A stretch of 64,000 bases of DNA from Octopus vulgaris. Lineage: Eukaryota. The stretch lies in the NCBI GenBank assembly GCA_951406725.2, contig OX597819.1:5332001-5396000 (forward strand), written 5' to 3'. Shown piece after piece: positions 12,646 through 23,716 of the stretch (position 1 is the first letter of the stretch; each line of letters begins with the position of its first letter). Made by a program: the position numbers and the translations under genes. Under the pieces are notes generated by a model. It was not told the DNA's origin. It searched no databases and saw nothing but the letters and a program-made list of their open reading frames with translations.

Positions 12646-12650
<5 letters not shown>
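12389..12650. repeat. ~260-bp near-perfect palindrome next to (TA)n tracts
   Basis: TATCTGTAAATGTAATATGTGACAATTATTCG... pairs with ...CGAATAATTGTCACATATTACATTTACAGATA, with few mismatches up to a short central loop. Confidence 0.95.
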
Positions 12651-12690
<40 letters not shown>

Positions 12691-12908
12691 GGGAGAATTC
12701 ACAAAAAAACAAAAGACGAACACAGGTGGTGTAGACAACAAACAGATGTATTAGTTTAATGCTCGGGAAGTGAAAAAGTCTTTAATGTTTCAAGCCTATG
12801 CTCTTCCACAGAAAGAAGCAAGGAGAGAAAATAAAGAATGTGTAGTGGCTAGTGATCTATCATGATAGCAAATGAAAGACGGAAGATAGATTATACGAGA
12901 ATTTATTA

Positions 12909-13014
12909 ATCACGACAATTGTTTCGACACCTCTAGCATTGATTCCTCATGGATGGGACACTCAACAACTGGTTCAGGAGCATCTGGCAGTGCAGGTGTG
13001 TCTCATCAGGTGAT
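12909..13014 (-). ncRNA. Type I hammerhead ribozyme motif with complete core
   Basis: Minus strand: AUCAC-CUGAUGA-GACAC-(long loop)-GUGUC-GAAA-CAAUUG-UC^GUGAU. Stem I AUCAC/GUGAU, stem II GACAC/GUGUC, palindromic stem III ACAAUUGU, GUC triplet, then AAUAAA. Confidence 0.8.
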
Positions 13015-13530
13015 AAATAGATACAACTCGTTAAAATAACAGTTCTGCAATGTAACTTCTCATTTTGTAGGAAAAAAAAAAAAAACCCAGCCAGTCAGAG
13101 GAAATATCTTCATTTATATAGAACATAAAAATAAAATCACAGATGGGGAAAAAAAGTGAAATGAACATGCAATACAGCGAAAAAAGTATTGAAAATAACC
13201 GTGAACAAATATGTATTTCTTTACTACCCACAAGGGGACAAACAAGGACAGACAAACGGATTAAGTCGATTAGATCGATCCCAGTGCGTAACTGGTACTT
13301 AATTTATCGACCCCGAAAGGATGAAAGGCAAAGTCAACCTCGGTGGAATTTGAACTCAGAACGTAATGGCAAACGAAATACGGCTACGCATTTCGCCCGG
13401 CGTGCTAAGGTTTCTGCCAGCTCACCGCCTTCAAATATGGATGTATAAGCGCCCTTGGGCAAGCTGCATGGTGTGAGTGCATTTGCTCATACAAGCATCT
13501 GTGAAAATATGAGAATACGCACACGTGAGG

Positions 13531-13780
13531 TTTGGTGCACTCATGATCACAAAGTGAGTTAACTATCTTTCGTCTTTCACTTGCCATATACATAACGATC
13601 ACTGTGGAAATGACCATGCTTTCCCAGTAAGCATGTATATGGCAAGTGAAAGACGAAAGATAGTTAACTCACTTTGTGATCATGAGTGCACCAAATATGA
13701 TGGACATATAATACTGTACACTTTAGATTATATATATATATATATATAATCTAAAGTGTACAGTATTATATGTCCATCAT
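13531..13780. repeat. Two abutting inverted repeats
   Basis: 63-bp perfect arms at 13531-13593 and 13633-13695, followed by a perfect palindrome at 13697-13780 centred on (TA)n. Confidence 0.95.
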
Positions 13781-13919
13781 GGCTGATCTTACCAACCAGT
13801 TTTGCACAAGGGCTACAATGAAGTGTTAGACAACTCACGTGTGTGTGTGTGTATGTATATATATATACATATATACATATATATATACACACGTATATAT
13901 ACACATATATATTTTTTTT

Positions 13920-14246
13920 TTGACCCCCTTCGGTCAGACACTGACCATGGGTTTGCACCTAGAGAGTTACCCTCTGAGGCACAAGTCTGGGCAAGGTTGT
14001 TTTTTTTTATGGAAAACCAGCAGTCGCCCATGCATACCAGCCTCCCCTCTCCACGTCACCGATGTTGTCCAAGGGAAAGGCAAGGGCCGATACAGCTTGG
14101 CACCTGTGACGTCGCAACTCATTTCTACAGCTGAGTGAACTGGAGCAACGTGAAATAAAGTGTCTTGCTCAAGAACACAACACGCAGCCCGGTCCGGGAT
14201 TCGAGCTCACAACCTCACGATCGTAAGCTCGATGCTCTAACCACTG
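13920..14246 (-). mobile_element. tRNA-derived SINE family E
   Basis: Head GTGGTTAGAGCATCG...GAGCTCGAATCCCGG, then TGTGTTCTTGAGCAAGACACTTTATTTCACGTTGCTCCAGTTCACTCAGCTG. Related copies at 15055-15305(+), 24940-25270(+), 60450-60640(-). Confidence 0.75.
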
Positions 14247-15713
14247 ATATATGCTCTAACACATATATATACACATATATATACATATATATAAATATCA
14301 TAGGCGAAATGATAGAGTCATTAGGGTATCGGAAAAAAAGGCTTTGCAGTTTTTACTCTGACTCATCACATCTTTATTTCGTCTATCACTTCCCCCCATC
14401 CCTGGATTGGTAAGTTATGCTACCAGTCAAGAACTAGGGTCGATGGTACTGACTAATCCCTTTTCGACTAAAATTGCTGCCTGTGTGCCAAAATTTGAAA
14501 CAATAATATGGCATGGCTGTGTGGTATGAAGTTTGCTTCCCGGCTACATGGTTCCTGGTTCAGTCCCACTGTATGGCACCTTGGGTAAGTGTCTTCAACT
14601 ATACCCTCGGCCTGACCAAAGCCAAAGTATATATATATGTGTGTGTGTGTGTGTGTGAAAAGATGTACCTCACCACCACTTGACAACCAGTGTTGTTGCG
14701 TTTATGTTCCTGTAATTTAGCGGTTCGGAAAAAAGAGATTGATAGAATAAGTACTAAGCTAAAAAAATAAATAAAATCAAGTACTGGGGTTGATTTGGCT
14801 AAAAGTTTTCAAGGCGGTGCCCCTGCATGGCTGTAGTCTAATGACTGAAACAAGTAAAAAAAGATTTGTGTGTTGAGCAGGGTCTGCTTCACAAGTGTCT
14901 TTTACTATTGTACTAAATATCTTCTGAGTGATTTTGGCTGACAGAAACTGTGGGGAAGCCCATTGTATTCACACACGCTTTTTCATGTCCACTTTTCTAT
15001 TCTAGCATGGGTCATGGTCATGCAAATTTTACTATGCCACATGCCCTTCTTGTATGGAGGCATGTGGCTTAGTGGTTAGGGTGTCAGCAAGATGATCGTA
15101 AGATTGTGGTTTCGATTCCTGGACGGGGCGATGAGTTGTGTTCTTGAGCAAAACACTTCATTTCACATTGCTCTGGTTCACTCAGCTGGCAAAAATGAGT
15201 AATGCTGCAATGGACTGGCATCCCGTCCAGCTGGGGAACACATACGCCATAGAAACCAGGAAACTGGGCCCATGAGCCTGGTTAGGCCTTAAAAGGGCAC
15301 ATTTATTTATTTTGTACCCTTCTTGTCACTATCTGTCACCTGTTTCCAAGCAAGCTAATATTTCCCCATGGCTGGACATATTTTCAAAGAAGGTTGAACA
15401 TTAAGGACATTGCTCATATGATGGTGATGCTTGTTAATAATTGTGTGATGTGAAGACAAATAGACACAACCTCTATGTACATATGAGGGGCTTCTTTCAG
15501 TTTCTGTCTGTCAAATTGTGTGTAGATGTGTGTCTTTGTGTTTGTCCCATCACCGTTTGATAACCAGTGTTGGTTTGTTTATGTACCTGCAACATAGCAG
15601 TTTGGCAAAATCAGTTTGATAGTATAAGTACTGGATTTAAATTAATAGCACATCGTACAAAGTAGTGCCCTAACATAGTTGCAGTCCAATGACTGAAACA
15701 AAAAAAAAAAATT

Positions 15714-15773
<60 letters not shown>

Positions 15774-16085
15774 GTAATAGAAAAAGGAAATGGAGAAACT
15801 TAGGCATAGACATCAATTTATTTGAACATAGTCAATTCTGTACACTATCAAATTCCTTGCCCCTACAGCTGTTTCCATGCCCAATTAATTAATTTAAATT
15901 TTCATATCGAATATCAGTAAATTGGGTATTTCTTCAGGGGAAGAATTTGATAAAAAAGGAGCTACACTCAATGTATTGGTTGATACTTGATCGACTCATA
16001 TATATATATAAAATGTGACCTCGTGTGTACCATTGGCAATTTTTTTTCCTCTGTCTTCCCTTCTCTGGATCTTTCCTTCTCCCAT

Positions 16086-16120
16086 GTTTCCGATGAAGAG
16101 CTCCGCTCGAAACATTAAAC
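16086..16120 (+). ncRNA. Minimal hammerhead-like motif with variant core in a (TA)n-flanked module
   Basis: GUUU-CCGAUGA-A-GAGC-ucc-GCUC-GAAA-CA-UU-AAAC. Stem I GUUU/AAAC, stem II GAGC/GCUC. U4 is replaced by C and stem III is vestigial. Confidence 0.55.
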
Positions 16121-16213
16121 CCTCCTTTTTTCCTTCTTTCCTGAGCGTCCAATAATACTATATTTGTTCCACGTCCTCGCGTCGTGTTTTTCTGTGCTTT
16201 TTTGTTTAGATTA

Positions 16214-16283
<70 letters not shown>

Positions 16284-16290
<7 letters not shown>

Positions 16291-16387
16291 TAGTTATCGC
16301 CATATTAATATGGCAGTCTAAATATAAGACTAAAGCTTTAGTCTTATATTTAGACTGCCATATTAGTATGGCGATAACTATTAATAT
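16284..16387. repeat. 104-bp palindrome abutting a (TA)n tract
   Basis: Centred on AAAG|CTTT (16335/16336), no spacer, one mismatch. Each arm contains a GCCATATTA(A/G)TATGGC sub-palindrome. Confidence 0.95.
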
Positions 16388-16499
16388 CCAGTAACGCTGC
16401 TGTAATCTCCTTTAGAGAGACTTAGTAATTTTAATATTTCTATATATAATATATTATTAGCTAATAAATTGTATGGTACACACCTGATAGCTTACCAGT

Positions 16500-16750
16500 A
16501 AAGCATGTTCACATGGAAGATGGAAGATACAAGAATGTTTATTAATCACTATAGTTGTTTTGAGCTGTCTAGCATTTATCCCTCACGGGTGGGATACTTA
16601 ACAACTGGTTTAGGAGTATCTGTCAGTGTAGATGTGTCTCTTCAGGTGATTACAAGATGTATCTCATTAAAATAACAACTGTTCCACAAGATATCTTCTC
16701 GGTTTGTGTTTAGAAAAGCAGCAAATGTAACAGTTACATTGTTATAGAAG
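16500..16750 (-). mobile_element. Diverged second copy of the hammerhead module at 12871-13060
   Basis: Colinear with 12880-13065. Minus strand AUCAC-CUGAAGA-GACAC...CUC-AAAA-CAACUA-UA-GUGAU-U-AAUAAA, with the core GAAA decayed to AAAA. Confidence 0.7.
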
Positions 16751-16753
16751 ATC

Positions 16754-19088
16754 CACTGGGCAACAAAAAAGAAAAATTATTGTCTGCTACCCAGACATAT
16801 GGTGCTGTTCTAAACTAAATCGAATACGCTGATTCCGAATCTGAACTCAGAATTGCTGTAGCACATCAGGATTTTGAGTTATGCGCATAATTATATATTA
16901 ATGCTATATTAGAATCAGGAATAGTTACGTTCAAGGTATATGATTATTATAATAGTATATTAGTACTGTATATAGTATATTTATATTCAAGGTAGATAGT
17001 ATTTTAATATAATGGTACATAGTATATTTATGTTAAGGGAATACTCACCTTATTTTTGATATGCTCAGCTCAGAAATGTTTGAGACACTTGCTCTTGCGC
17101 TTATGCGTCGTGCTGGTCACCCGTCATGTGTGGATCGAACCAGACTCGATACCTTGTTTCCATCACAGATATGTCCTGGTGGAACCTCTCGCCATGCTCA
17201 TCACTAATGACATCAAGATTCGTTGGAAAAAAATCAAGATGAGAATGTAAGAAGTGCATTTTAAGGGATTTATTCGGCATCCCATTCTTTCATGTGCTGT
17301 TAGCATGTTGCTTATTAAATCAGCATAGTTTTCAGCTCTATGATTTCCATGAAAGTTTTGTACAACTAACATGAATGAATCCTGTGCTGTCAGCTCAACT
17401 GGATCCAGTTTACCTCTGAATTTGCCATCAGACATCAATTCATCAATGAAAATGACTGCTTTCAGTTTTGTATCACTTTTCTCTGCACCAAATTTTACTT
17501 TTAGGTATTGGAAGCCACAGCCATTGTGTCATTGCTTTTACAAAGTTTTTCATGAGACCGAGCTTTTTGTGAAAGGGTAGAAAGAAGATCTTTTGCAGGT
17601 CTACTAGTGGCATATGCTGCACATTGTACCAACTTTGTGCTCATCTCTGTTAGGCCAGTCTTTTAGAGTGTAATGATTGCTGTTGTCATGGCTGTTCCAA
17701 ACACAAGAAGCACATATTCTTAGTATATCCCAGCTGTAGTCCTAGGAGGAGGAAAATCACCTTTAAATCACCACAAATATTCCACTCTGGAAATTGAGTA
17801 ATTAACTCCTTTCAGAATGAGTTCTATCGATTCATAAGTTTCTTCCATGCTGACAACATGACCCACAGGAATGGCAGGATTTTTATTATCATTATGTAAC
17901 AACACAACTTTGAGGCTAACCTTTCTTGGGTCTATAAACAATCTCCATTCGTTAGCCATATGCACGTGTCCTAGTTTTTGCATGTGTGCAGTAATGTCAG
18001 TATAGAAACAAGCATTATTTTCTTGCTTAAAATAGACAGATGAGCCTTCATGGTAAAAACGGAAAATGGAAATTTTTGTACCTTGCTGTAGGAGATACCA
18101 AAGCTGTAGTCTGGATGCCAAAACTTCTGCCTTCTCCTTTAACAATGCTAGGTCTCTTACTAAATCATTCAAATCTTCTTGATTAAACAAGCGTGGCTCA
18201 TTTTTCTTAGAATCAGCTATATACTCTTTGTTGATAGGAGAATCAGGGGGTTCATCATGCGACGTGTCAAGGTCTTCAAGTGAATCATGTAAGAGGGGAA
18301 CTGAGTCAGGGTTCTCGAAATCATGTGGGACCAGTTTTAGACTCAACTTACAATCTGCATACACAATTTTTGCTTTGGCTTTCTTTGAAAAACCAATATT
18401 AATCATGCAAAAGTAACAATCAGAGACATGATTGGTTTGCCATACCATTGGTACAGCAAAAGGTATTCCCGTCCATTTTCCATTCAGCTGTTGTGTAAGC
18501 CCTAAGTAACGCATGGTGCAGCATATATGAGGTGCTCACCTCTTGCCTGGTCCCCAACTTTACACCTGAAATAATATTTATAGGTAGTTTTTAATTTGGT
18601 GGCAATGTTCTGCTGGTCATGCAGAACAAATTCACTACAGACATAATGAAAGTTGGCCGGAGGATTCACACAGCCTCTCCTATTCATGATCCTACACAGT
18701 GAAAACTAATCACGCAGAGTGAGAGATACACATTCCACCCATGATGGCAGCACAAATGACACTGAGAGTTACCAAGAACAAACTGACGTATTTGGGATTT
18801 GCACACAATACATCAGCGCCATCTATTGCTAAACTAGATAATGAACTTTATCATCATTTGTTTTATTGCTGCTATTTCTTTAATTTTGAATTAAGACCAC
18901 TTTCAATTTAGCAAATTTTATAATACGGCCTACATATAGCCGAAAGTGTAGTTATAATCTTGTGCATGTGCATAACTCAAAATCCTGACTTGCTAGAACA
19001 ATTCTGAGTGCAGATTCGGAATCAGCATCCACGATTTAGTCTATAACATGTGCTTTTACCCCAGAAGCAAAATCTTTGTTGTCCAGTG
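16754..19088 (-). mobile_element. Chapaev3-type (CMC superfamily) DNA transposon with pseudogenised transposase
   Basis: TIRs CACTGG(G/A)CAACAAA plus long subterminal inverted repeats (GCTGATTCCGAATCTG.ACTCAGAATTG...CAGGATTTTGAGTTATGC). Broken ORF at about 18687-17050 has CVNPPANFHYVC, PFAVPMVW..NHVSDCYFC, EWRLFID...SLKVVLLHN and GNHRAENY motifs. No clear TSD. Confidence 0.85.
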
Positions 19089-19324
19089 TAATAAAAGACA
19101 GACACAAAAAGAAACGAATACACTATACAACAAAAGAATATTAAATTGGATGGAGTTTTGATGTTATAAATATACAACCTAAGCATTTCATCAACAGTAT
19201 TAAAGTATCCCACCTTTGAGGGATCGCTGCTAATTGGCTTGAAACAGTTCTAGCAATTAATAAACATTTTTGTATCATCCATCTCTCTCGTTAATCAAAT
19301 ATATCTATCTATCTATCTATCTAT

Positions 19325-19525
19325 ATGTGTGTATATATATATCAGCATCATCATCATCATTTAGCGTCCGCTTTCCATGCTAGCATGGGTTGGACGGTTC
19401 AACTGGGGTCTGTGAAGCCAGAAGGCTGCACCAGGCCAGTCAGATCTGGCAGTGTTTCTACAGCTGGATGCCCTTCCTAACGCCAACCACTCCATGAGTG
19501 TAGTGGGTGCTTTTTACGTGCCACA
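19325..19525 (-). mobile_element. RTE LINE 3' UTR fragment with (GAT)n tail
   Basis: Matches the 3' end of the RTE at 48345-48530. Similar fragments at 19860-20085(+), 21540-21730(+), 23720-23950(-), 25283-25745(-), 38695-39085(+), 47456-47830(-), 52330-52900(-). Confidence 0.85.
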
Positions 19526-19530
19526 CGCAC

Positions 19531-19709
19531 GTAAATTATTTTTTAAATTGTAGTCTCATCGTAGACGTGCGCTAATAACCAGAAGGGCTTGATATGAATC
19601 ACGACTATAACATACCCGCTTTTGGTTAAACTGCACCGCAAAATGTGGGAGTAGTTAGGAATCTAAATCGAAGGGGACAGACACACAACTTCACTTTTAT
19701 ATATAAAGA
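19531..19709 (-). mobile_element. Helitron H1 5' fragment
   Basis: Reverse complement of the first ~180 nt of 491-995. Confidence 0.8.
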
Positions 19710-20089
19710 TGAGATGATAAGGGGCAAAGACTTCTAGCAATTGGCTCTACTTGAGAAGATATGTCAAGCTTAGTGAATTTGTGGCCACCCATACATACAG
19801 GCATGTCCTCTATGGCTGTACTCCCACTCCCTTTCTCAGCAGAGGAGGCTTTGTCTTGCAGGTGTTAGTGCCATGTAAAATGCACTTGCACCTGTGCCAT
19901 ATACAGTGCACCTGCGCTGGTAGGGCATACAAAATGTCCAGCACACTCTGTAAAGTGGTTGGCATTTGGAGGGCCATCCAGCTGTAGAAACCTTGCCAAA
20001 TCAGATAACTGGAGCCTGGACAGCTAGACAGCTCCTGTCAAACCATCCAAACCATGCCAGTATGGAAAATGGATGTTAAATGATACTCT

Positions 20090-20493
20090 CTCTTTACTCT
20101 TTTACTTGTTTCAGTCATTTGACTGCGGCCATGCTGGAGCACCGCCTTCAGTCGAGCAAATCGACCCCAGGACTTATTCTTTGTAAGCCCAGTACTTATT
20201 CTATTGGTCTCTTTTGCTGAACCGCTAAGTGAGGGGGACGCAAACACACCAGCATCGGTTGTCAAGCAATGCTAGGGGGACAAACACAGACACACAAACA
20301 TATACACACATACATATATATATATATATACGACAAGCTTCTTTCAGTTTTCGTCTACCAAATCCACTCACAAGGCATTGGTCGTCCCGGGGCTATAGCA
20401 GAAGACACTTGCCCAAGATGCCATGCAGTGGGACTGAACCCAGAACCATGTGGTTGGTTAGCAAGCTACTTACCACACAACCACTCCTGCGCC
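20090..20493 (-). mobile_element. tRNA-derived SINE family B, full length
   Basis: Complete head-to-tail match to the other B copies. Confidence 0.9.
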
Positions 20494-20863
20494 TATTGAT
20501 GATGATACATATATATATATATATATGTATATATACACGCACACATACATACCTACATGCATACATACACACACACATGCACATATATATTTCTCATCAT
20601 GTCCAGTTTTTCATGCTTGCATTGGTCAGACAGAATTTGCTAAGGCAGATTCTCTATGGCCACATGCTCTCTGTTGCCAAGCAAGGTAATGTCTCACGAT
20701 GCCAGACATGTGTTTTCATGGACGACTGGAAGCAAACGTTGCTTTTATGGCAGGGATGCTTGTTTATAACCATAATGTCAAGGCAAAGGAAGACACGAAA
20801 ACATGTATACATACACATGCACTTATATGTTATAAGATATCACATTACCTGTTATTTATATAA

Positions 20864-20909
<46 letters not shown>

Positions 20910-22319
20910 ACAACAGGCTTCTTTCAGATTCCATCTACCAAATCCTCTCAAGGCTTTAGTGAGCCTGTGGCTATAGTAGCATACTCTTGCCCAAGGTGCC
21001 ATGCAGTAGAACTGAACCTGAGACAACATGGTTGGCAGGCAAGCTCCTTAACCAGACACCTGTGCTTATACACGCATGCGCGCACACACACACACATATT
21101 CTCTCTATGTGTACGGTACACGCATATATATACATGTGTGTATCATATATATGGATCAAAATAGTTTGATTCAAATTCTGTGCTACTTAAAGTTTCAAAG
21201 CTCATGAAACTTATTGTTGGGCAGTGAGAATTTGAATATATATATATATATATATATATGAACAGATGCATGTATGTTAAATATTGTACAACATAAGTTT
21301 GTTGAAATTACCTCTGCCTCTAGCAGTTTTAATTACCAAATGGAAGTTAGCCCTGTTATACTTGAGAATGGGAGATAATCTTAAGAATTAAAAATTCTTA
21401 AAAACTGACATGCCATTTATGAAAAGGATAAGCTTATTGGTCTGGAGACAAGAGGAGAGTCATTGCATAAAGCCACCTCCCTCAACACTTCTCCCTACTT
21501 CATTTGGAGGGGGTCTTGTCTTGTGAGTCACTTGGTGAGCTCACTAGGGCTGGTGCTATGTAAAAAGCACCTTGTTCATTCTGTAAAGTGGTTGGTGTTA
21601 GGAAGGACATCCAGCCATTGAAGTATCCCAGAACAGACATTGAAAGTTGGTACAGTCCCCTGGCGGACTAGCTCTTCTTGAATCATTTGTCCTATGTTAG
21701 CATGGAAAACAGACATTAAATGATAATGATCTGTATGTGTGTATATATTTATATGCATAAAAATACAAATGCTGTTTCAGACATGTTTTTTTTATTGATG
21801 AACAAATTAATTATATCATGAAAAAAAAAATTTTTCAGGTGAACACAGCAAGTTGGCAGAAATGTTAGGGTGCTGGGTGAAATGCTTAATGGTATTTTGG
21901 AGGCGCAATGGCCCAGTGGTTAGGGCAGCGGACTCACGGTCGGAGGATCGCGGTTTCGATTCCCAGACCGAGCGTTGTGAGTGTTTATTGAGCGAAAACA
22001 CCTAAAAGCTCTACTAGCCTCCGGCAGGGGGGGGGGGCACTCCTGTTGTACTCTAAGAAAATTCCGCCGAGGTAGACTTTGGCTATCATCTCAAAGTCGG
22101 TACTCCAGCATGGCCGCAGTCAAAATGACTGAAACAAATAAAAGAGGTGAATTAAAATTTAAATCTAAAACTTAACACTTAAGATTTTGCGCATAAAGAA
22201 TGTAGAATGTATTTTGACTCCTTTCATCTCCATGATGATCCAGAGAGTGAAGGATGTCAAGCTAGGTGGACATAACATACATAAATACACACACACACAC
22301 TCACATACATACATAATAC

Positions 22320-23045
22320 ATTATTATGGCTGCCCCCTCGTTATCGAGTATGGCCATTGCACGAAGCTTAACTGTTACTGGTGCTGTGATCGAATGTGAC
22401 TTTTTAGCCCAGCTAACCATCTACAATGTCTTGTACAAAATTGGCAACTAAAACCTTTACCGGTAATAGCCGGCTGTAGTTGTAACTGGGCTTCATGTAG
22501 CTTTGCATGTCATTTAAGTCTTCCACATGCCCGACAGATATGATTAGCATGGTGTGTTACATCACCACCAGTGGCCAGGTTGTCACTCATCTGTCTCGCT
22601 TTATGACTACGAAGATGACTCTTGAGTCCAGCTTTACTGAGGCAGGGTCTTGTACAGACATTGCATGTCAGAATCAAAGGAATACCCTTCCCTTCTGGAA
22701 GTGTAACAGCGATGCCCTTCCTGACATCCCTCCTTACTTTCTCATGTGCAACTCGAGATTTCTCGTAAGTGGCTGTCCCCTCATGTACAATCCTTCTCCA
22801 CCTGCTACAATCAATAGCTATGACTTTCCATGTGTCAGGAGAGATGCAAGCATCTCTTAAGGAAGCCTTCAGCAAGTCCTTATACCTCTTTTTTGGTTTA
22901 TTTGGGGACATTCTCCTTTAGCTAACTCTCCATAAAAGGGTTGTTTTGGCATCCTTGAATCCTTTATCCTGACCAGATGACCACTCCATCTGAGCCTTTG
23001 CTTTAACACAAGAGCTTCTATACTTTCACACCGAGAGCCTTCGAA
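22320..23045 (-). mobile_element. RTE/BovB-type LINE 3' fragment, frameshifted
   Basis: LRWSGHLVRIKDSRMPKQPFYGEL and PKKRYKDLLKASL..WKVIAIDCSRWR motifs, plus a C-terminal C2H2 finger CNVCTRPCLSKAGLKSHLRSH. Confidence 0.85.
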
Positions 23046-23050
23046 TAATA

Positions 23051-23368
23051 ATACATACATACATACATACACACACATGCATACATACATACATACATAC
23101 ATACACACACACTCACATACATACATACATACATACATACACACACACACACTCACATATATATATATATACATACATGCATACATACATACATACATAC
23201 ATACATACATACATACATACATACATACACACATAATACATACATATACACACACACACACTCACATACATACATTCATACATAATACATACATACATAC
23301 ACACATACACTCACATATACATACATACATACATACACACACACACTCACATATATACATACATACAT

Positions 23369-23403
<35 letters not shown>

Positions 23404-23600
23404 TACATACACACACACACTCACATACATACATACATACATACATTCATACATAATACATACATATACACACTCACACTCACATACATACATACATACA
23501 CACACACATACTCACATACATAATACATACTTTCATACATACACACTCACATACATACACACACACTCACATATATACATACATACATACATACATATAT
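23051..23600. repeat. Compound (CATA)n/(CA)n microsatellite, ~550 bp
   Basis: Directly visible. Confidence 0.95.
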
Positions 23601-23678
23601 GAGTCATAACACAGTCAACAAACAAAGCTCTCGGTTAGATAGCCTGATGATGCAATATATTTATATGCACATGTATGT

Positions 23679-23716
<38 letters not shown>

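Noticed and set aside
20229-21164. 311-aa ORF
   Set aside because: Made of antisense SINE sequence and CA/TA microsatellites, with no domain motifs.
23077-23523. His/Thr/Tyr/Ile-rich ORFs
   Set aside because: Translations of the (CATA)n/(CA)n microsatellite.
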